Source of the DNA: Clostridia bacterium
GTDB taxonomy: Bacteria > Bacillota > Clostridia > Christensenellales > Aristaeellaceae
Reading direction: 5' to 3'
Assembly: GCA_017517465.1 (NCBI GenBank)
Contig: JAFWYZ010000018.1
Location: 13,704 to 77,703 of the forward strand
Length of the DNA: 64,000 bases
Part shown: positions 45,596 through 57,521 of the stretch, in pieces
Layout: every line of letters begins with the position of its first letter
Numbering within the stretch: the first letter of the stretch is position 1
The notes under the pieces: model-generated
What the model saw: only the letters and a program-made list of their open reading frames with translations
Told to the model about the DNA's origin: nothing
Databases searched by the model: none
Program-made: the position numbers and the translations under genes

Positions 45596-47632
45596 ATGGC
45601 TTTTCAGTGGGAGAATTACACTGCAGGTGTGTGCTATTACCCCGAGCACTGGCCGGAAGAACTTTGGGCCGGTGACCTGGACAGGATGCTGCAAAACGGC
45701 ATCACCGTTGTCCGGGTGGCGGAATTTGCCTGGAACAAGTGCGAACCGGAAGAAGGGGTATTCACCTATGATTTCTGGCAGCGCTTTTTGGATCTGTGCA
45801 GCGAAAAGGGCATGCAGGTCATTTTCGGCACCCCCACCGCCACACCCCCTGCATGGATAACGGAAAAATATCCGGAGGTGCTCAACTGCAGCCGTGAGGG
45901 CATTCCCTACCGTCACGGATGCAGACGGCATTACAACTACAACTCCCCCGTGTACAGAAAGCTGTGCAGCCGCATTGTGGAAAAAATTGCCCAGGCCTAC
46001 GCAAAGCACCCTGCTGTCATCGGCTGGCAGATCGACAACGAACTGAACTGCGAAACGGACGAGTTTTATTCCGATGCGGATTCCCAGGCCTTCCGCGCCT
46101 ATCTGCAGCAGAAATTCGGCACGCTGGAAAAGCTGAACGAAGCGTTAGGCACCGTTTTCTGGAACCAGACCTATACCGACTGGAGTCAGATTTATGTGCC
46201 CCGTCCCCTGCTCCATGGGGGCTATAACCCCCACCTGATGCTGGAATGGCGCCGGTTTATTTCCGAAAGCTGCCTCAGTTTCTGTGAAATGCAGGCCGCC
46301 ATCCTGCGCCGCCATAAAAAGCCGGGAGATTTCATCACCACCAACGGCCTTTTTGCCGGTATGGACAATCACCGCATGACAAGGGAATCGCTGGATACCT
46401 ATGCCTTCGACTTCTATCCCAATTTTGCCTATGCCCTCAATAACGCAAGCCCCGACACCTCCCTGCGGGACCGCTGGGCCTCCCTGAACCTGATCAATGC
46501 CCGCTCCGTCTGCCCTCATTTTTCCATTATGGAGCAGCAGTCCGGCGCCAACGGCTGGGCCAACCGGCTGGAGGCCTGTGCCCCCCGCCCGGGCCAGCTG
46601 ACCCTGTGGGCCATGCAGGGCATTGCCCACGGTGCGGATTTTATCTCCTTCTTCCGCTGGCGCACCTGCCGTATCGGCACGGAAATCTACTGGCATGGCA
46701 TTCTGGATTACGACAACCGGGAAAACCGCAAGCTGCGGGAGGTGAGGGGCTTCACCGAAAAAATGAAGAAAATTGCCCCTGTTTGCGGCGCTGCGTTCAA
46801 GGCTTCCTTTGCCCTGCTGAGGGACTACGACAACGAATACGATGCCCGGTTTGATACCTGGCACCGCAGGGTATTGCAGCCCAGCCATGACGGCATTTTT
46901 GAAGCCGCAGCCAGGGCACACCTCCCCTATGACATCATCTTTATCGATCAGCCCGATGCTGCCGAAAAAATCGCCCAGTTCCCGGTGCTCATTTATCCCC
47001 ATCCTGTGATTACGGATGAAAAAAGGGTGGACCTGCTGAAGACATACGTGGAAAATGGCGGCACCCTCATCCTTGGCTGCCGCACCGGCTACAAGGACAT
47101 GCAGGGCCAGTGCCCCATGCTGCCCCAGCCCGGGCTTTTTGCCCCCCTCACCGGCACCGATGTGCAGGACTTCACCTTCACCACCTTTGCCGAGCCGGAC
47201 AGCTGGGCCGATATGGACGGCACTGCGCTGGACACCCCCATCTTCAACGACATCATCACCCCGCTCCCCGGCACCCGGGTGCTGGCCCGGTATCAGGAAA
47301 GCTATTACAAGGGCGAAGCGGCACTGACGGAAAACACCGTGGGCAAGGGAAAGGTGATGCACTTTGGCAGCGTCTTCACCAAGGACAATACCCTGCCCAT
47401 CCTGCGCCATACCGGTGTGAAGAACCTCTTTTCAGACATCTGCACCGCCCCGGAAACGGTGGAAATGGTGCTGCGGGAAAAGGAGGGAAAGCAGTATCTG
47501 TTCCTGCTGAATTTCCCCAACCGGGAAGCGGAAATCACCCTTCACATCCCCTGCAAGTGCCTCTATACGGGAGACACCCTGCAAGGTCCCGTCACCTTGT
47601 CCCCCTTCGGCACGCTGGTACTGGAGCTGTAA
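45596..47632 (+). CDS. GH42 beta-galactosidase
   Basis: Internal ATG at 45596 after an AAAGGAG RBS. Motifs YYPEHWPEELW and WQIDNELN are present. It is about 678 aa. Confidence 0.9.
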   Translation: MAFQWENYTAGVCYYPEHWPEELWAGDLDRMLQNGITVVRVAEFAWNKCEPEEGVFTYDFWQRFLDLCSEKGMQVIFGTPTATPPAWITEKYPEVLNCSREGIPYRHGCRRHYNYNSPVYRKLCSRIVEKIAQAYAKHPAVIGWQIDNELNCETDEFYSDADSQAFRAYLQQKFGTLEKLNEALGTVFWNQTYTDWSQIYVPRPLLHGGYNPHLMLEWRRFISESCLSFCEMQAAILRRHKKPGDFITTNGLFAGMDNHRMTRESLDTYAFDFYPNFAYALNNASPDTSLRDRWASLNLINARSVCPHFSIMEQQSGANGWANRLEACAPRPGQLTLWAMQGIAHGADFISFFRWRTCRIGTEIYWHGILDYDNRENRKLREVRGFTEKMKKIAPVCGAAFKASFALLRDYDNEYDARFDTWHRRVLQPSHDGIFEAAARAHLPYDIIFIDQPDAAEKIAQFPVLIYPHPVITDEKRVDLLKTYVENGGTLILGCRTGYKDMQGQCPMLPQPGLFAPLTGTDVQDFTFTTFAEPDSWADMDGTALDTPIFNDIITPLPGTRVLARYQESYYKGEAALTENTVGKGKVMHFGSVFTKDNTLPILRHTGVKNLFSDICTAPETVEMVLREKEGKQYLFLLNFPNREAEITLHIPCKCLYTGDTLQGPVTLSPFGTLVLEL

Positions 47633-47654
47633 AACACATACAAAACAATAAAAG

Positions 47655-47700
47655 AGCCGGCAGAAAAGCATGCTTTTCCACCGGCTTTTTCTGTTGCGTT
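47655..47700. terminator. Bidirectional terminator between the GH42 gene and glnN
   Basis: agccggcagaaaagc/gcttttccaccggct stem flanked by A- and T-runs. Confidence 0.6.
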
Positions 47701-49788
<2,088 letters not shown>

Positions 49789-49807
49789 CGTTACTCCTCC
49801 TTTGAAT

Positions 49808-49840
49808 GAAAAACGCTGCGTCACCGTCTGTTACGCAGCG
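49808..49840 (-). promoter_or_regulatory. Terminator-like hairpin in the glnN 5' leader (possible attenuator)
   Basis: On the minus strand: cgctgcgt-aacagacggtg-acgcagcg followed by tttttca, ending about 15 nt before the RBS. Confidence 0.45.
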
Positions 49841-49860
49841 CACAATTTTCTTGCGTTCGA

Positions 49861-49889
49861 ATTATAGGCTTGCCGCGGTGAAATGTCAA
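49861..49889 (-). promoter_or_regulatory. Consensus sigma-A promoter of glnN
   Basis: On the minus strand: TTGACA, a 17-nt spacer, then TATAAT. The -35 element overlaps the stop codon of the upstream PAP2 gene. Confidence 0.6.
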
Positions 49890-50557
49890 GTTTTTTTTGC
49901 GTTCTGCTTTTGCCGCCCGATCTGCAGCATGGACACATAGCCGGAAAGCAGGGCAGCGCTGAGCAGCACGGCACCCACAATATCCGTCAGCCAATGGACC
50001 CCGGAAAGCAGACGGCCCACCACGGAAATCACCGCCAGCACACCGGCAGCCGTCCGAACAAGGGAAAGCTGCTTTTCACTGAACAGTTCCGGATAAGGCA
50101 CCATCATGGCGCCAAATACACAAAGAGCCAGCAGCGTATGGGAGGAAGGATAGCTGGCCTCCAGCCCCCCATCCAGGATCACAGGCCGGTAATTGATCAC
50201 CAGCTTTTCAAACAGCACATAGCAGAAAATCACCAGCACAAAGAAAATCCCCAGGGAAATCAGCTGGCTGTCCACCTTTTTCAGGCTGCGCCGCTTCATC
50301 AGCTGCCACACCCCGACAGCACCGTAGCCCAGCACCGCAAGCAGCGCCAGATAGCCAAGGAACGTGGTCAGCTTATAGAACAGGTCATTCACCGGCAGGG
50401 CGTCATGCACCGGGCTGTTCACAAAGGCAAAGCCCACTTCACTGCCCTGGGGGCCGATTTTCTGCACGTCCACATTGATGACCGCCAGGGTAAACATAAT
50501 AAACAAAAGCGCCAACAGGCTGGTACGCACAATGCCGTTTTTCTTCATCCGGCTCAT
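49886..50557 (-). CDS. PAP2-family phosphatase (membrane)
   Basis: Motifs SYPSSHT and SGVHWLTD are present. The start may instead be the ATG at 50548. Confidence 0.85.
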   Translation of the reverse strand: MSRMKKNGIVRTSLLALLFIMFTLAVINVDVQKIGPQGSEVGFAFVNSPVHDALPVNDLFYKLTTFLGYLALLAVLGYGAVGVWQLMKRRSLKKVDSQLISLGIFFVLVIFCYVLFEKLVINYRPVILDGGLEASYPSSHTLLALCVFGAMMVPYPELFSEKQLSLVRTAAGVLAVISVVGRLLSGVHWLTDIVGAVLLSAALLSGYVSMLQIGRQKQNAKKT

Positions 50558-50640
50558 CTCCCCTCACGCTGGAAAATCAAATCCTGAAAAGTATACCACA
50601 AATTGCCCGCAACCACAACAGCCAATGCAAAAGCAGTACA

Positions 50641-51507
50641 TCATTCCTTTTCGTTCAGGCTGCGGAACCCTTCCCCCAAGGTTTCGTGGGTATCGGTGAT
50701 AAACATAAACGCCCGTGCATCCGCTTCCCTTACGATCCTCTTGACGGCAAGAACCTCCTTTTGATCCACCACGCTGATCAAGGCCTTTGTTTCCTTGCCG
50801 GTGTAGCCGCCGACAGCCGGAAGCAGGGTGACCCCTCTGTCCAGTTCCTTCATAATGCAGCTGGCAATTTCTGCACTTTGGGCACTCACCACAAAGCACA
50901 TCTTGGCCGAGCCAAACCCTGCCAGCACCAGGTCAATCACCTTGGAGCTGACAAAAATGCAGATCAGGGAATAGAGCGCAGCCCTGGTGCTCATGGTAAA
51001 AGCCGCCAGCGCAATGACCGTGCAGTCCACAAACAGCAGGATCATCCCCACCGAAACAAAGGACATTCTGTGGTGCACCAGCTTTGCGATCATATCCGAT
51101 CCGCCGGTGGTGGCGCCGCCGCGGAGGATCAGCCCCAGCCCCACCCCCAGCAAAATGGCGCCGTATACGCTGGCCAGCAGCACATCATCCGTCAGCGCAG
51201 GAAAGCGGAACAGGTCAATCAGCAGGGAAAACAGCACCGTGGCGATCATGGACCGGAACGCAAAGCTGCCCCCCATCAGCTTATAGCCCATCAGAAACAG
51301 GGGCACGTTCATCAGCAGGCTGGTCACGCCCACCGGTGCGCCAAACAGATAATTGAGCACCGTAGCCACACCTGTCAATCCCCCGGGGGCAATACCGTTG
51401 GGCACCAGAAACAACGGATAAGCCGCACCGCCCACAATGCAGCCCAATACGATATACACATACCCGATCACCGGTTCTTTATTTTTGATTTTCTTCAAAA
51501 ATTCCAT
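50641..51507 (-). CDS. YitT family membrane protein (DUF2179 C-terminal domain)
   Basis: 288 aa, with PNGIAPGGLTGVATVLNY. The C-terminal soluble domain reads VTLLPAVGGYTGKETKALISVV. Confidence 0.85.
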   Translation of the reverse strand: MEFLKKIKNKEPVIGYVYIVLGCIVGGAAYPLFLVPNGIAPGGLTGVATVLNYLFGAPVGVTSLLMNVPLFLMGYKLMGGSFAFRSMIATVLFSLLIDLFRFPALTDDVLLASVYGAILLGVGLGLILRGGATTGGSDMIAKLVHHRMSFVSVGMILLFVDCTVIALAAFTMSTRAALYSLICIFVSSKVIDLVLAGFGSAKMCFVVSAQSAEIASCIMKELDRGVTLLPAVGGYTGKETKALISVVDQKEVLAVKRIVREADARAFMFITDTHETLGEGFRSLNEKE

Positions 51508-51600
51508 GGTTTTCCCTCCTCAGGAACAGTATGAACCGCCTAAAGAGGAAAATTCTATTCCAAAAATCAAAATCCTGCCAGCATCTGAAAAAATGTTTTT

Positions 51601-52716
51601 TTATTGTATTTTAAGGACAGCATCCGCCAATGCATCCATTTCCTTCTCCGTGTTGTACAGTCCGGGGCTGACCCGCACAGCCCCCCGGGTACCGTGAAAC
51701 GCATGGATGGAAGGGGCACAGTGCATCCCTCCCCGCAGGGCAAAGCCTGCCTTCACCAGTGTGTCTGTTGCTTCGGAGGGGTCCATTCCCCGGATGTTGA
51801 AGCTGATAATGGCCGCCTTTTCCACATGCTCCGCCCCCATCACCTGTACATGGGCCATGTTCCGCAGCTTTTCCTCCAGCCGTCTGGCCAGCGCCCGTTC
51901 GTATGCCCGAATTTCTTCCCTGAAACCCTGCACAAATTTGATGCCCTGGCAAAGGCCTGCGATGCCCGGCAGGTTGTGGGTGCCGCTTTCCAGCAAATCC
52001 GGCATCAATGTGGGCTGGCGAAGGCTTTCGGAAGCAGAGCCTGTGCCCCCTTCCCGCACCGGATGCATATCCAGATGGGGGGAAACGTACAAAAGCCCGG
52101 TGCCCATGGGCCCCAATAGCCCTTTGTGCCCCGGCATGGCCACCATATCCGCCTGCAGAAGGGACAATTCCTCTACTCCCGCTGTCTGTGCCGCATCCAC
52201 AAGCACCGGAATGCCCATGCCATGAGCGGCAGCTGTCAGCGACGCAACCGGCTGAATGCAACCGGTCACGTTGCTGGCATGGTTCAATACCACCAGCGCC
52301 GTTTTGCCGTTGACAAGGGATGTGATGCTCCTTTGGGAAAGCACCCCATCGGCATCCGGCTCCGCCATCCGCACCCGGATCTGTCCCCGGTCCTGCAGCC
52401 CCATCAGCGGCCGCATCACCGCATTGTGCTCCTGATGGGACACGATCACCTCATCCCCCTGATGCAGAAAGCCCTTCAGGGCAATGTTCAGGGCATCGGT
52501 GCCGTTGAGGGCAAAAATGATACTTTCCGTGCTGTCCGCCCCCAGCAGCATCGCCGCCTCTTCCCGGCACCTTTCCAGAATCCGTCCTCCGGCCAGAGCC
52601 CCGGGATGGCCGCCCCTTCCCGGGTTTCCCCCGATCTTCTCCATCACGCCTTTCACGGCCTGTACCACCTCCGGCGGCTTGGGAAAGCTGGTGGCCGCAT
52701 TATCCAGATAGATCAT
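51601..52716 (-). CDS. Aminotransferase class V / cysteine desulfurase-like protein
   Basis: Internal ATG at 52716 after an AGGAGGAG RBS. It starts MIYLDNAATSFPKP, and the PLP-lysine region reads MPGHKGLLGP. The 83-aa N-terminal extension in the track ORF is rejected. Confidence 0.85.
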   Translation of the reverse strand: MIYLDNAATSFPKPPEVVQAVKGVMEKIGGNPGRGGHPGALAGGRILERCREEAAMLLGADSTESIIFALNGTDALNIALKGFLHQGDEVIVSHQEHNAVMRPLMGLQDRGQIRVRMAEPDADGVLSQRSITSLVNGKTALVVLNHASNVTGCIQPVASLTAAAHGMGIPVLVDAAQTAGVEELSLLQADMVAMPGHKGLLGPMGTGLLYVSPHLDMHPVREGGTGSASESLRQPTLMPDLLESGTHNLPGIAGLCQGIKFVQGFREEIRAYERALARRLEEKLRNMAHVQVMGAEHVEKAAIISFNIRGMDPSEATDTLVKAGFALRGGMHCAPSIHAFHGTRGAVRVSPGLYNTEKEMDALADAVLKIQ

Positions 52717-52786
52717 TTGCTCCTCCTGCACCTTGCGTTTCTTTTCTCCATAGAATGTATGAGAAAGAAAGGAGGCTGATAACCCC

Positions 52787-53047
52787 ATGGACGAAACATT
52801 CGGCATTGCCGCCTTCCGCTCCCGGCAGCAGGTATTCCGCTTTGACAGTGCCCTGCGCCGCAGCGGCATCAACGGCCGCATTATTTCCACCCCCCGGGAG
52901 ATACAGGTGGGCTGCGGTTTATCCGTACAGTTTGACGTGAGGGACCTGCCCCGGGCCATGGACATTTACCGCCGCCACAACCCGGGCAACCTCATCGGCT
53001 TTTACCGCTTCACTCCCTCCGCCATCCCCCGCATAACCCCTGCCTGA
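52787..53047 (+). CDS. DUF3343-like small protein (putative S/Se carrier-associated)
   Basis: 86 aa, AGGAGG RBS, with STPREIQVGCGLSVQF typical of DUF3343. It is divergent from the desulfurase gene. Confidence 0.65.
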   Translation: MDETFGIAAFRSRQQVFRFDSALRRSGINGRIISTPREIQVGCGLSVQFDVRDLPRAMDIYRRHNPGNLIGFYRFTPSAIPRITPA

Positions 53048-53082
53048 ACGGCGCACACTAAAGAAAAACAGGGAGGTACCCG

Positions 53083-53646
53083 ATGAAGAAGATCCGATTG
53101 TTCTTTCACAGCGCCGGGCACTATGTGCTGGCGCTTTTTTGCGGCATGGTGATCCTTTTGTCCGCCGTCTGGACCAAGCAAACCCCGTCCCCTGCCGCAT
53201 CCCCTGCCCAGATGAATCAAAGCCAGCGCTTGTCCGAAATCACCCCCTCCCCGGCACCGGAATTGTTCCAAAGACCGGTTGGAGGCCCCTGCATCCGCCC
53301 CTTTTTGGATGATCCTGTTTATTTTCCGGAGTACAAACGCTATGCCTTCCATCCCTCTGCCGATTTTTCCGTTACAGAAGGGGAAAAAATCTATGCTGCC
53401 TTTGACGGCACCCTGCGCCTGGAGGATGAAGCGCTCTATCTGGAATACGATGCTTTTTCCCTGCGCTATCGGGGCATCACCCCCGAAAAATCTTCTGACG
53501 GTAAGCAAGTAAGAAAAGGGGCTTTGCTGGGCACTGCCACCGGCTTCGTTCCCTATGAGGGGCAAAACATCCTTTGCCTTACCCTGTATCAAAACAGCAC
53601 ACCGGTGGATATTTCCCCCTTCTTTGCAGCAAAAAAGGAACGGTGA
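53083..53646 (+). CDS. Membrane-anchored LytM/M23-like domain protein (possibly degenerate)
   Basis: 187 aa with an N-terminal TM segment. HPSADFSVTEGEKIYAAFDGTL resembles the M23 core, but the metal ligands are not all recognisable. Confidence 0.5.
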   Translation: MKKIRLFFHSAGHYVLALFCGMVILLSAVWTKQTPSPAASPAQMNQSQRLSEITPSPAPELFQRPVGGPCIRPFLDDPVYFPEYKRYAFHPSADFSVTEGEKIYAAFDGTLRLEDEALYLEYDAFSLRYRGITPEKSSDGKQVRKGALLGTATGFVPYEGQNILCLTLYQNSTPVDISPFFAAKKER

Positions 53647-53673
53647 TCCGTTCCTTTTCTTTTTCCTTTTTGC

Positions 53674-54327
53674 TTAATCCGGCACCTGTGCCTCTTCTTC
53701 CGGCCAGGGGTAATGCAGCACATCATCGGGCAGGTAATCCAGCCTGCCGTCGCACAGGGTGTTCAGCTTTTCGATCACTGCATCCACGTCTTTCACCCGC
53801 ACCAATAGCGTTACGGAAACAGAAGCGCCGAATTCCGTGCTCTCGGTGATCTGGGGCAGGGACTGCAGATGGTAATTGATCTTATCCCACATAGGATACG
53901 GAATATCCAGCAGGATGCGCTGGCTTTCCTCCATAGTCACCACCTGCGCCGCATTCAGCGCCACCACGCACCCTTTGGTGTATGCCCGCACCAATCCGCC
54001 GGCACCAAGCAATATGCCGCCAAAATAACGGGTGACCACCACGCAGCAGTTTACCACCCCCCGGGCTTTCATCACCTCAATGATGGGCATGCCGGCAGTG
54101 CCGCCGGGCTCACCGTCATCGCTGTAGCGCATGATGCCCGCATTCTGGCCGATGATATAGGCATAACAGTTGTGGGTGGCATCCTTATGTTTTTCCCGGA
54201 TGGAACGCAAAAAGGCCAGCGCCGCCTCCTCGCTTTCGCAGGGGGCGGCGTAGCCAATGAAGCGGCTTTTGTTCACGATAAACTGATCATTGGCCGCCTG
54301 TTTTAAGGTTTTGTAATCGCCGGGCAT
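53674..54327 (-). CDS. yigZ: YigZ/IMPACT family protein (UPF0029)
   Basis: 217 aa, with IVNKSRFIGYAAPCESEEAALAFL. Its start overlaps the tyrS stop (TAATG). Confidence 0.85.
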   Translation of the reverse strand: MPGDYKTLKQAANDQFIVNKSRFIGYAAPCESEEAALAFLRSIREKHKDATHNCYAYIIGQNAGIMRYSDDGEPGGTAGMPIIEVMKARGVVNCCVVVTRYFGGILLGAGGLVRAYTKGCVVALNAAQVVTMEESQRILLDIPYPMWDKINYHLQSLPQITESTEFGASVSVTLLVRVKDVDAVIEKLNTLCDGRLDYLPDDVLHYPWPEEEAQVPD

Positions 54328-55550
54328 TACTTCAACACCACGCGGCAGTAGTTCTTCTTGCCCTTGCGAAGCAGAACACCGTCGGTGGGGATCATATCGG
54401 CAGTCACCACGGCGTTGATGTCGGTCACCTTGCTGTCCGCCATCACCACAGCACCCTGCTGGATCTGCTTGCGGGCATCGCCCTTACTCTGGCACAGGCC
54501 GCACAGGTGGAGCAGGGTGGTAAGGCGGTTATCCGCTTCCATGTCACACTGCTTCCATTCGTAGGTGGGCACGTCCGCCGCTGCGCCGCCGCCAAAGAGA
54601 GCCGCCGCCGCCATCTGGGCCTTCTGGGCTTCTTCTTCGCCGTGGACCAGCTTGGTGCATTCGTAGGCAAGCACGGTCTTGGCTTCGTTGATGGCGCTGC
54701 CTTCCAGCTTGGCCAGCTTATTGATTTCTTCCATGGGCAGGAAGGTGAGCAGCTTCAGGCACTTTTCCACGTCGGCATCGGCGATATTGCGCCAGTACTG
54801 GAAGAATTCGTAGGGGGTGCAAAGAGAAGGATCCAGCCACAGGGCACCCTTTTCGGTTTTGCCCATCTTCTTGCCTTCGTGGTTCATCAGCAGCTTGAAG
54901 GTGCAGGCGAAAGCAGGCTCCTGTTCCTTGCGGCGGATCAGGTCCGCGCCGGCCAGCATGTTGCTCCACTGGTCGTCGCCGCCCATCTGCAGCCGGCAGC
55001 CGTGGTTCTTGAACAGCTGCAGGAAGTCATAAGCCTGCATCACCATGTAGTTGAACTCAAGCAGGGTCAGGCCCCGTTCCATGCGCTGCTTGTAGCATTC
55101 GGCAGCCAGCATGCGGTTCACGGAGAAGAGGGAACCCACATCCCGCAAAAAATCCATGTAGCTGAGCTTTCTGATCCAGTCGGCATTGTTGACGATCATG
55201 GCCTTGCCTTCACCGAATTCGATGAAGCGTTCCATCTGCTTTTTGATGCAGGACACGTTATGGTCGATGGTTTCCACGGTCATCATCTTGCGCATATCGG
55301 TTTTGCCGGAGGGGTCGCCGATCATGGCCGTGCCGCCGCCAACCAGGGCAATCGGAATATGGCCGGCACGCTGCATGTGGGCCATGGCAATGATCGGAAT
55401 GAAGTGGCCGAAATGCAGGGAGGTGGCGGTGGGGTCAAAGCCCACATAGAAAGTAGTGGGTTCTTTTTCCAGCTGCTTGTAGAGTTCGTCTTCGAAAGTG
55501 ATCTGAGCCAGGAATCCGCGTTCCCGGAGGGTATCAAGTACATGTGCCAT
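54327..55550 (-). CDS. tyrS: Tyrosine--tRNA ligase
   Basis: HIGH motif (HFGHF) and KMSKS motif (KMGKT) are present. The ATG at 55550 lies 10 nt after GGAG. The track start at 55559 is a TTG too close to the RBS. Confidence 0.95.
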   Translation of the reverse strand: MAHVLDTLRERGFLAQITFEDELYKQLEKEPTTFYVGFDPTATSLHFGHFIPIIAMAHMQRAGHIPIALVGGGTAMIGDPSGKTDMRKMMTVETIDHNVSCIKKQMERFIEFGEGKAMIVNNADWIRKLSYMDFLRDVGSLFSVNRMLAAECYKQRMERGLTLLEFNYMVMQAYDFLQLFKNHGCRLQMGGDDQWSNMLAGADLIRRKEQEPAFACTFKLLMNHEGKKMGKTEKGALWLDPSLCTPYEFFQYWRNIADADVEKCLKLLTFLPMEEINKLAKLEGSAINEAKTVLAYECTKLVHGEEEAQKAQMAAAALFGGGAAADVPTYEWKQCDMEADNRLTTLLHLCGLCQSKGDARKQIQQGAVVMADSKVTDINAVVTADMIPTDGVLLRKGKKNYCRVVLK

Positions 55551-55569
55551 TTTGTTCAATCTCCTTTAT

Positions 55570-56067
55570 TTATGTTCTTTCCACAATTTTTTCATACAGT
55601 TCCAATACAACACCGGGGTCTGTTTCCTGTTTTATGCCGGTGGGGCGGTACCCGGCCCCGGCATAGCAGCGGCGGTTTTTCTCCAGCACATCGGGAAAAT
55701 CCACATAGTATTTTACGGCGTCCGGGAATTGCTGTTCGCAAAGCAGAATGGCCTGCTTTGCAAGACCTTTTCCCTGTCTGTCCGGCCGGATGAACACCCG
55801 GCCCAGATAATATTCATGGGGTTTCAGTTCGCACAGAAGCAGCTTTCTGTTCCGTATATACCAGATACCGCCCACGATGCAGCCGTCCTCTTCGATGGTG
55901 AAGGGATGAATGCAGGGGTTATCCAGCCGCCGCTCAATATCCTCCCGACCCCGCAGATGGGGATTGGAAGGATCGTGAAATTTTTGATAGAGGGGTGCAA
56001 ATGCATCTTTCTGGATTTGAGTCAGGATATCCACATCCGCCCATTCCATTTTTCTGACAGTTAGCAC
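55570..56067 (-). CDS. GNAT family N-acetyltransferase
   Basis: RBS spacing favours the GTG at 56067 (V/MLTVRKMEWADVDIL). It contains RQGKGLAKQAILLCEQ. Confidence 0.75.
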   Translation of the reverse strand: MLTVRKMEWADVDILTQIQKDAFAPLYQKFHDPSNPHLRGREDIERRLDNPCIHPFTIEEDGCIVGGIWYIRNRKLLLCELKPHEYYLGRVFIRPDRQGKGLAKQAILLCEQQFPDAVKYYVDFPDVLEKNRRCYAGAGYRPTGIKQETDPGVVLELYEKIVERT

Positions 56068-56082
56068 GCTGACCAACTCCTT

Positions 56083-57264
56083 TTATTTGGTAAAGACGTC
56101 GTTCAGCTTTTCCATGCCGATTTTGATCTGCTCCACGCTGGGCATGGAGAAGTTGAGACGGAAGGTATTGTCATGTCCGCCGTTTGAGTAGAAGTGGGTG
56201 CCGGGGACGTAGGCCACGCCCTTATCCACTGCCTTCTTCAGCAGGGCCGTGGCATCCTGGCCTTCTTCCAGTTCGCAGAAGATGAACAGGCCGCCCTCCG
56301 GCCGGGTATATCGGGCCACTCCGCCGCATTTGGACAGCATATCCAGCATGGTGCTCATTTTTTCGCCGTAGGCTTTGCGGATGGTTTCCACATGGGACAT
56401 CAGCAGGTCATTGCGCAGGTAATGGTCCACCACCGCCTGATTGACCAGCGCCGTGTGCACGTCGGAAGACTGTTTGCCGATGGTGCACTTGCGCAGGATG
56501 GAAGGATGGGCCACCAGGTACCCAACCCGCAGGCCGGGGGAAATGACCTTGGAGAAGCTGCCCATGAAAGCCACCCAGCCTTCCTGATCGAAGGACTTGA
56601 TGGAGGGCAGTTCCTGGCCGGTATAGCGCAGGTCCCGGTAGGGATCGTCTTCCGCTACCACCACGCCGTATTCGCTGGCCAGCTGAGCAATGCGCTTTCT
56701 GCGTTCCAGGGACAGGGTGCGGCCGGTGGGGTTCTGGAAGGTGGGGATGATGTAGAGCATTTTGGGGTGCTCGGTTTTGAATACTTCTTCCAGCCGATCC
56801 ACGTCAATGCCGTCGTCATCGCTGGCCACGGGGATCAGGTTTGCCTGATACAGGTTCAGGCACTGCATGTTGCCAAGGAAGGTGGGGCTTTCCACCACCA
56901 CCTTGTCGCCGGGGTTGAGCAGGGCCTTGCACAGCAGATCCATAGCCTGGGTGGAGCCGGTGACGGGCAGGATTTCTTCTGCGGTGCAGGTGAAGGAAAA
57001 GCGGTCCTTCAGGTAGGAAACCAGGCTTTCCTTCAGGGGGGCATATCCTTCCGTGGCACCGTACTGCAGAAGCACTTTGCCCTTTTCCTGCAAAAGGGCA
57101 TTTGCAATTTCGCCCACCTTTTCCCCGGGCAGGGAATCGGGGGAGGGATTGCCGCCGGCAAAGGAGATCATACCGGGGACAGCCAGCAGCTTAAAAATCT
57201 CGCGGATGGCGCTGCCGGAAATGCCGTTGAAGCGATCGGCAAAACGGATGGAATCAATGTTCAT
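56083..57264 (-). CDS. PLP-dependent aminotransferase class I/II (aromatic / 2-aminoadipate type)
   Basis: Internal ATG at 57264 after an AGGAGG RBS. It starts MNIDSIRFADRFNGISGSAIREI and carries SFSKVISPGLRVGY. It is the first gene behind a Tyr T-box. Confidence 0.85.
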   Translation of the reverse strand: MNIDSIRFADRFNGISGSAIREIFKLLAVPGMISFAGGNPSPDSLPGEKVGEIANALLQEKGKVLLQYGATEGYAPLKESLVSYLKDRFSFTCTAEEILPVTGSTQAMDLLCKALLNPGDKVVVESPTFLGNMQCLNLYQANLIPVASDDDGIDVDRLEEVFKTEHPKMLYIIPTFQNPTGRTLSLERRKRIAQLASEYGVVVAEDDPYRDLRYTGQELPSIKSFDQEGWVAFMGSFSKVISPGLRVGYLVAHPSILRKCTIGKQSSDVHTALVNQAVVDHYLRNDLLMSHVETIRKAYGEKMSTMLDMLSKCGGVARYTRPEGGLFIFCELEEGQDATALLKKAVDKGVAYVPGTHFYSNGGHDNTFRLNFSMPSVEQIKIGMEKLNDVFTK

Positions 57265-57515
57265 AAAAAACCTCCTGAAAATAAAAAAGCCCGTCCCCCA
57301 AGGGAAGGCGAATGAGCGCGGTACCACTTCCGTTCGGCACAGGCATTCCTGTGCCCTCTTCACGCTGTAACCGGCGCACCGGCGATAGCCTACTGAAATG
57401 ATTGTTCGGTATCGGGCTCCGGGATGTATTCGCTTCGGGCACCGCTGCCTTCTTCCACCAGCCGAAGGCTCTCTTCAAACGCATGCACCGGGCTACTTCT
57501 TCCCATCAAGGCCAT
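57265..57515 (-). promoter_or_regulatory. T-box riboswitch leader with a tyrosine (UAC) specifier
   Basis: On the minus strand: GCGAA-UAC-A specifier context, T-box AACGGAAGTGGTACCGCG (plus 57316-57333), and a terminator hairpin plus U-run at 57281-57310. Confidence 0.85.
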
Positions 57516-57521
57516 GTGGGC

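Noticed and set aside
44084-47410. Minus-strand ORFs 44084..46009 and 46145..47410, and plus-strand 47110..48795
   Set aside because: They are antisense or out-of-frame relative to pyk, the GH42 gene and glnN, all of which carry strong family motifs.
52717-52965. N-terminal 83-codon extension of the cysteine desulfurase-like ORF (track 51601..52965)
   Set aside because: The extension is Arg/Cys/Ser-rich and overlaps the DUF3343 gene antisense. The canonical start MIYLDNAATSFPKP has a strong AGGAGGAG RBS at the correct spacing.
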